This document shows positions 59,903-64,000 of a stretch of 64,000 nucleotides of DNA, one piece after another. Below the pieces are notes generated by a model that was not told where the DNA came from, did no database searches, and saw only the letters and a program-made list of their open reading frames with translations. Position numbers and translations under genes: made by a program. Location of the stretch: positions 217,392 through 281,391 of the forward strand of contig JAIUOD010000003.1 of assembly GCA_020161405.1 (NCBI GenBank), given 5' to 3'. Position 1 is the stretch's first letter. Every line of letters begins with the position of its first letter. Source of the stretch: Pseudomonadota bacterium. GTDB taxonomy: Bacteria; Pseudomonadota; Alphaproteobacteria; Caulobacterales; Aquidulcibacteraceae.

Positions 59903-61255
59903 TTAATTATAATTACCTTTACGCACCATTTTGGCAACGATTGGGTCAGTTATAACCCGAATATCACTTGCGCGTTGCCATTCGGGGGTTTTGCGTTCTA
60001 AATTCTTCATTGCAACTTGAGAAAAGCGATTTGCGCGCGCAAAATCACCCAAAGTGAAGGCTTCTTCAGCAGTTGCAAGACGCGCAAGACCTGCTTTTCC
60101 TTGGCGATCCGCAACAATTGCCAATTGATTCCATGCAAATGAATTTTCAGGTTCGAATCTTATCGCGCTTTTTAATGCAATATCGGCTTTTTCATAGTAA
60201 ATTTTATCATTTTGCGCGATATAGGCACGCGCAAGGCCGACATATAATAATGATTCTTTTGGCGCCAATTGTGTTGCTTTTTCATAATAAGAAATTGCAT
60301 CTTTTGATTTACTATTTTCAAATAGAATTTGCCCCATTAATTCATTAAAATAAGGATTATTCGGCTCTTGAACTAGTAATTTATTCAAAGTTGAAACCGC
60401 CATTTGTAAATCTGGCGCACGATAAAAAGCGATAGAGCGTGCATATAATGATGGCTTTGAATTATCGCGATAATTATATTTTAAATATGTTTGTTCTGAG
60501 GTAGAAACGAAACCAAAAATTTTGGCTTGTATCATTTTAAATTGGTCAATTTCATCTTGTGTGTCTTTTGTATTTGCATAATCAGATTTTGATAATTTGG
60601 ATTGTAGCGCTAAAATCCTATCCCCAGATAATGGGTGGGAGCGAAAATAAGGCTCTTTACGGGCATCGCTCATTACTTCATTATAACGAAATTTTTCAAA
60701 AAAATCGACCAAACCTTGACCAGATTGGTGGGTCTTTTCAAGATATTGAAGTGCTGCTTGGTCTGCGCTTGCTTCTTGAATTCTTGTATAGGTAAAGAAA
60801 GATAATAAGGCAAATTGTTGCGAACTTGCTAATAATGCTGCCCCCGCATCTGGTGCGCCAGCTGCAATTGCGGCAATCCCAAGCGCAATACTAATATAAG
60901 CAGGCACCATTGCCGCGCGCTCGGCCTGAGTTGAGCGGGCAAGGTGACCGCCAGCAATATGACCAGTTTCGTGTGCGATAACACCTTTTAATTGGTTCGG
61001 GGCTTTTGCTTCTAGTATAATGCCTGTGTTCAAAAACATTTTTTGACCATCGGTCACAAAGGCGTTTAAACTTTTGTCATTCACAATATAAATTTGAACA
61101 TCTTTGGGGTTTAGGCCTGCTGCTGTAAAAATAGGATCGCTATATCCCCGAATAGTGTTTTCAATTTCAGCATCACGAATTAGTGACTGCGCCATTGCGG
61201 GCGCATTTAATATATTTGACAGGATAATAATAAAAAATGCCAAAAAAAGGCGCAT
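59903..61255 (-). CDS. M48 metalloprotease with TPR repeats (BepA/YfgC-like)
   Basis: LIRDAEIE, NAF, HETGH, EASADQ, SHP. Confidence 0.92.
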   Translation of the reverse strand: MRLFLAFFIIILSNILNAPAMAQSLIRDAEIENTIRGYSDPIFTAAGLNPKDVQIYIVNDKSLNAFVTDGQKMFLNTGIILEAKAPNQLKGVIAHETGHIAGGHLARSTQAERAAMVPAYISIALGIAAIAAGAPDAGAALLASSQQFALLSFFTYTRIQEASADQAALQYLEKTHQSGQGLVDFFEKFRYNEVMSDARKEPYFRSHPLSGDRILALQSKLSKSDYANTKDTQDEIDQFKMIQAKIFGFVSTSEQTYLKYNYRDNSKPSLYARSIAFYRAPDLQMAVSTLNKLLVQEPNNPYFNELMGQILFENSKSKDAISYYEKATQLAPKESLLYVGLARAYIAQNDKIYYEKADIALKSAIRFEPENSFAWNQLAIVADRQGKAGLARLATAEEAFTLGDFARANRFSQVAMKNLERKTPEWQRASDIRVITDPIVAKMVRKGNYN

Positions 61256-61338
61256 AGAAAACTCTATATAGAAAAATGTTATCTCAACTTAGCTAAGTTA
61301 TTTTTAAATTGACACTAAAAATTTGGCAATATTAAGTC

Positions 61339-61875
61339 TTATTGTGCAACTTTTTCTAAAAAATCTGTATTATAAGAATTTTCACGGGCAACTTTTAACA
61401 TCTTATCATAAGTTGCTTCATCAATTGTTGGTGTGCGCGATAAAAACCACAAATATTTGCCACTTGGTTCACCAACTACTGCATAAGTATGATTATCATC
61501 AACACTTAAAATATAATAATTTCCTTTACCTGCAGGAAGTGGAATTGGCGCAAAATTTACAGATAAAATATTATTAGCACTAACAAATTTAGCAACGCCT
61601 TTTGCAACATTTAGCTTGTTATTAGTTGAATTAATACAAGAGTTTAAAACCTCAATATTACCATCTTTTCTGATGCTATATTGCGCCGTAACTTTGATAC
61701 AATTTTTTTCAAAACTATTTGGGTAGCGGGCAATTTCATACCATTTACCCAAATATTTTTCGCTAATAACATTAGTTGCGGGTGAAAGTGGTGGGGCATC
61801 TTTGGGACGCCCACTCACGGAAGAACATGAAACTAAAAGTAAAAGCGAAAAAACTAATGTTTTATTCTTCATCAT
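61339..61875 (-). CDS. blc: Lipocalin (Blc-like) lipoprotein
   Basis: Lipobox LLVSC, YLGKWYEIAR, GNYYIL, YLWFLSRTP. The start at 61875 or 61872 overlaps the rne stop. Confidence 0.88.
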   Translation of the reverse strand: MMKNKTLVFSLLLLVSCSSVSGRPKDAPPLSPATNVISEKYLGKWYEIARYPNSFEKNCIKVTAQYSIRKDGNIEVLNSCINSTNNKLNVAKGVAKFVSANNILSVNFAPIPLPAGKGNYYILSVDDNHTYAVVGEPSGKYLWFLSRTPTIDEATYDKMLKVARENSYNTDFLEKVAQ

Positions 61876-64000
61876 TTGCACCAAAAAGTTTAGAGGCATT
61901 ACGTGCCCACCAACCAGTTTTACGTTTAGTTGGTGCTTTTGGTTCACTATTATCTTCTTCTTTTGGTGTTTCTATAGTTTTTGACTCAGCCTGAGCTTTT
62001 GGCTTTTGTCTTGGCTGTTTTACAACAACTTCTTCTGAAACAGTCTCACTAAAAGATGGTGATTCTTCAGAAGTTTTTGGTTTTGCAGCTTTGCGTGGCT
62101 TACGCACAGGTTTTTTCTTTGGCTCAACTGAAACTTCATCAGAAATTACATTTTCACTTGCAACTTCAACAACTTCAACAGGAACAACTTCTTGTTCAAC
62201 AGTTTCGCTTACTTGGTTTTGGTTTTCAGATTTTTGCCCATCAACACGATTTTGTTTATCGCGGCGGTTGCGGCCAAATAATCTTGAACGTTTACGACCA
62301 CGTCTTTGATTGTTTTGTTCAGAATTTTCGGAAGAAGCATTTTCGTCATCGGTTTCAGAACTATCATCAGAAGTATTTTCTTTAACTTCATTCTGATTTT
62401 CAGTTGAAACCATTTCGATTTCTTTTGTTTCACCGCGACGGCCACGACGTCTTTGACGGCGGCGTTTGTTACGGCTTGGTACGCTTGTTTCTTGAACTTC
62501 TTTTTCTTCTTGAGAATCTGCTTCATCATCAAATTCATTGATGATTTCATCTTCTTCATCTTCATGAGAAGACGCTTCGATTTCTTTTAGATATGCAAAA
62601 CTTGCATCTGATTCTTCAATTTCATCACCATGATTAATGATTTCCATTTCATAATGTGAATGTGCAATTTCAGAAGATGTTATTATGCGAACATATATAT
62701 GGCGCGCAATTTCCATAGACGCCAAATGTTTGCGTTTTTCATTCAAAAGATAAAGCGCGGTATCACTATCTGTGCGAACTTCAATTTCACAATTTTTGCG
62801 ACCACCACAAGTTGCCTCTATTTCACGAATGATTGATGTTGCAACTGATGAAGGAGAGCGCACACGTCCAAAACCCTCGCAATGTGGGCATACATGGCTT
62901 GAACCTTCAAGAACGCCAGTTCTACGGCGTTGACGCGAAATTTCCATAAGGCCAAAGCTTGAAATCTTACCCATTTGAACACGCGCACGATCAAGACGCA
63001 ATGCATCTTTCATTTTACGTTCAACGGCACGATCATTTCTTGGCTCATCCATATCAATAAAGTCGATAACAATAAGACCCGCAAGGTCACGAAGGCGCAT
63101 TTGACGTGCAACTTCTTCAGCAGCTTCAAGATTAGTTTTTAACGCTGTTTGTTCAATTGAACGTTCACGCGTTGATTTGCCAGAGTTAACATCGATTGCT
63201 ACCAATGCTTCGGTTTGATTGATAACGATATAGCCACCAGATTTTAGCTGAACCACACCTGAGTGTATGTTAGACAACATGCTTTCCACGCCCATGCGTG
63301 AAAATAAAGGGTGTGAATTTTTATATTGGTGAACTTTGCGTGCATGGCTTGGAATAAGCATTTTTACAAAGTCTTTAGCCTCGCGGTAAGCAGATTCGCC
63401 CTCAATAACGATTGAACCAACATCTTTATTATAAAGATCGCGAATTGCACGCTTTACCAAGCTCTCTTCTTCATGAATAAGGGCAGGGGCAACTGATTCC
63501 AAAGTGCGTGTACGAATATCGTCCCAAAGGCGCAATAAATATTCATAATCGCGTTTAATTTCTGTTTTATTGCGCTTTGCGCCAGCGGTACGGATGATTA
63601 AACCCATGCCTTTTGGTACTTCAAGGCTGGAAACAATTGATTTCAAGCGCTTTCTATCACCAACCGCAGAAATTTTACGTGATATGCCACCGCCACGTGG
63701 CGTGTTCGGCATTAATACACAATAGCGCCCAGCAAGTGACAAATATGTTGTCAAAGCTGCGCCTTTATTGCCGCGAACCTCTTTAACAGGTTGCACAAGC
63801 ATGATTTGGCGGCGCTTTAGAACGTCTTGGATTTTATATTTACGATTTTGGGCGCGGCGTGCACGGCCTGCCTCGTCATCATCTTCGCCGATTTCCTCAA
63901 CCGAATGTTGTGCCTCTTCGGCAATCAAAGCCTCGCGGTCAGCGATTGGAATTTGGTAATAATCAGGATGAACCTCAGAAAAGGCCAAGAAGCCGTGACG
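61862..64000 (-). CDS. rne: Ribonuclease E, 5' part outside the window
   Basis: Open to the window end (RHGFLAFSEVHPDYY); KGAALTT, LAGRY, IDVNSG, DFIDM, CPHC..G; charged C-terminal region ending GWW. Confidence 0.98.
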   Translation of the reverse strand, partial: RHGFLAFSEVHPDYYQIPIADREALIAEEAQHSVEEIGEDDDEAGRARRAQNRKYKIQDVLKRRQIMLVQPVKEVRGNKGAALTTYLSLAGRYCVLMPNTPRGGGISRKISAVGDRKRLKSIVSSLEVPKGMGLIIRTAGAKRNKTEIKRDYEYLLRLWDDIRTRTLESVAPALIHEEESLVKRAIRDLYNKDVGSIVIEGESAYREAKDFVKMLIPSHARKVHQYKNSHPLFSRMGVESMLSNIHSGVVQLKSGGYIVINQTEALVAIDVNSGKSTRERSIEQTALKTNLEAAEEVARQMRLRDLAGLIVIDFIDMDEPRNDRAVERKMKDALRLDRARVQMGKISSFGLMEISRQRRRTGVLEGSSHVCPHCEGFGRVRSPSSVATSIIREIEATCGGRKNCEIEVRTDSDTALYLLNEKRKHLASMEIARHIYVRIITSSEIAHSHYEMEIINHGDEIEESDASFAYLKEIEASSHEDEEDEIINEFDDEADSQEEKEVQETSVPSRNKRRRQRRRGRRGETKEIEMVSTENQNEVKENTSDDSSETDDENASSENSEQNNQRRGRKRSRLFGRNRRDKQNRVDGQKSENQNQVSETVEQEVVPVEVVEVASENVISDEVSVEPKKKPVRKPRKAAKPKTSEESPSFSETVSEEVVVKQPRQKPKAQAESKTIETPKEEDNSEPKAPTKRKTGWWARNASKLFGANDEE

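Noticed and set aside
60151-60160. GTTCGAATC (tRNA T-loop-like)
   Set aside because: Inside the M48 coding region with no cloverleaf.
63986-63988. TTG 'start' of rne (MAFSE)
   Set aside because: The frame stays open to the window edge (RHGFLAFSE is inside the S1 domain); the gene is cut by the window.

Overview
Core-chromosome segment of an AT-rich alphaproteobacterium (roughly 38-42% GC by eye). Gene order and motifs are Caulobacterales/Hyphomonadales-like; that assignment is inference. Most of the window is the conserved alphaproteobacterial backbone: lpdA, yfgM-like/bamB/der, SDR-purF-cvpA-radA-alr-dnaB, rplI-rpsR-rpsF, fabD-fabG-acpP-fabF-mltG-gmk, rsmA-pdxA-surA-lptD-lptG-lptF, pepA-holC, ndk, purN-purM, hdaA-ppk1-ppx, rnd, aspS, NDUFA12, aat-accC-accB-aroQ, thiS-thiG, dsbA-like, M48 protease and the 3' part of rne. 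An accessory cluster of about 8.6 kb lies between rpsF and fabD. It holds DUF4173, RraB-like, DUF4177, trhP, a serine hydrolase, DUF1304, PPK2 and a very AT-rich gene for a ~600 aa protein with a C-terminal HEPN-type RNxxxH motif. I found no rRNA, tRNA, CRISPR array, integrase or transposase. The strongest leads are: (1) an intact 841 aa gene at the nrdJ position that keeps the NrdJ C-terminal domain but has no recognisable radical/active-site motifs (candidate pseudo-enzyme); (2) the stand-alone HEPN-motif gene (candidate anti-phage RNase); (3) an HdaA whose Walker A lysine appears lost; (4) two structured 5' leaders, one before rpsF and one before the yfgM-bamB-der operon with mutually exclusive folds. 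All family assignments come from motif recognition, not database searches.
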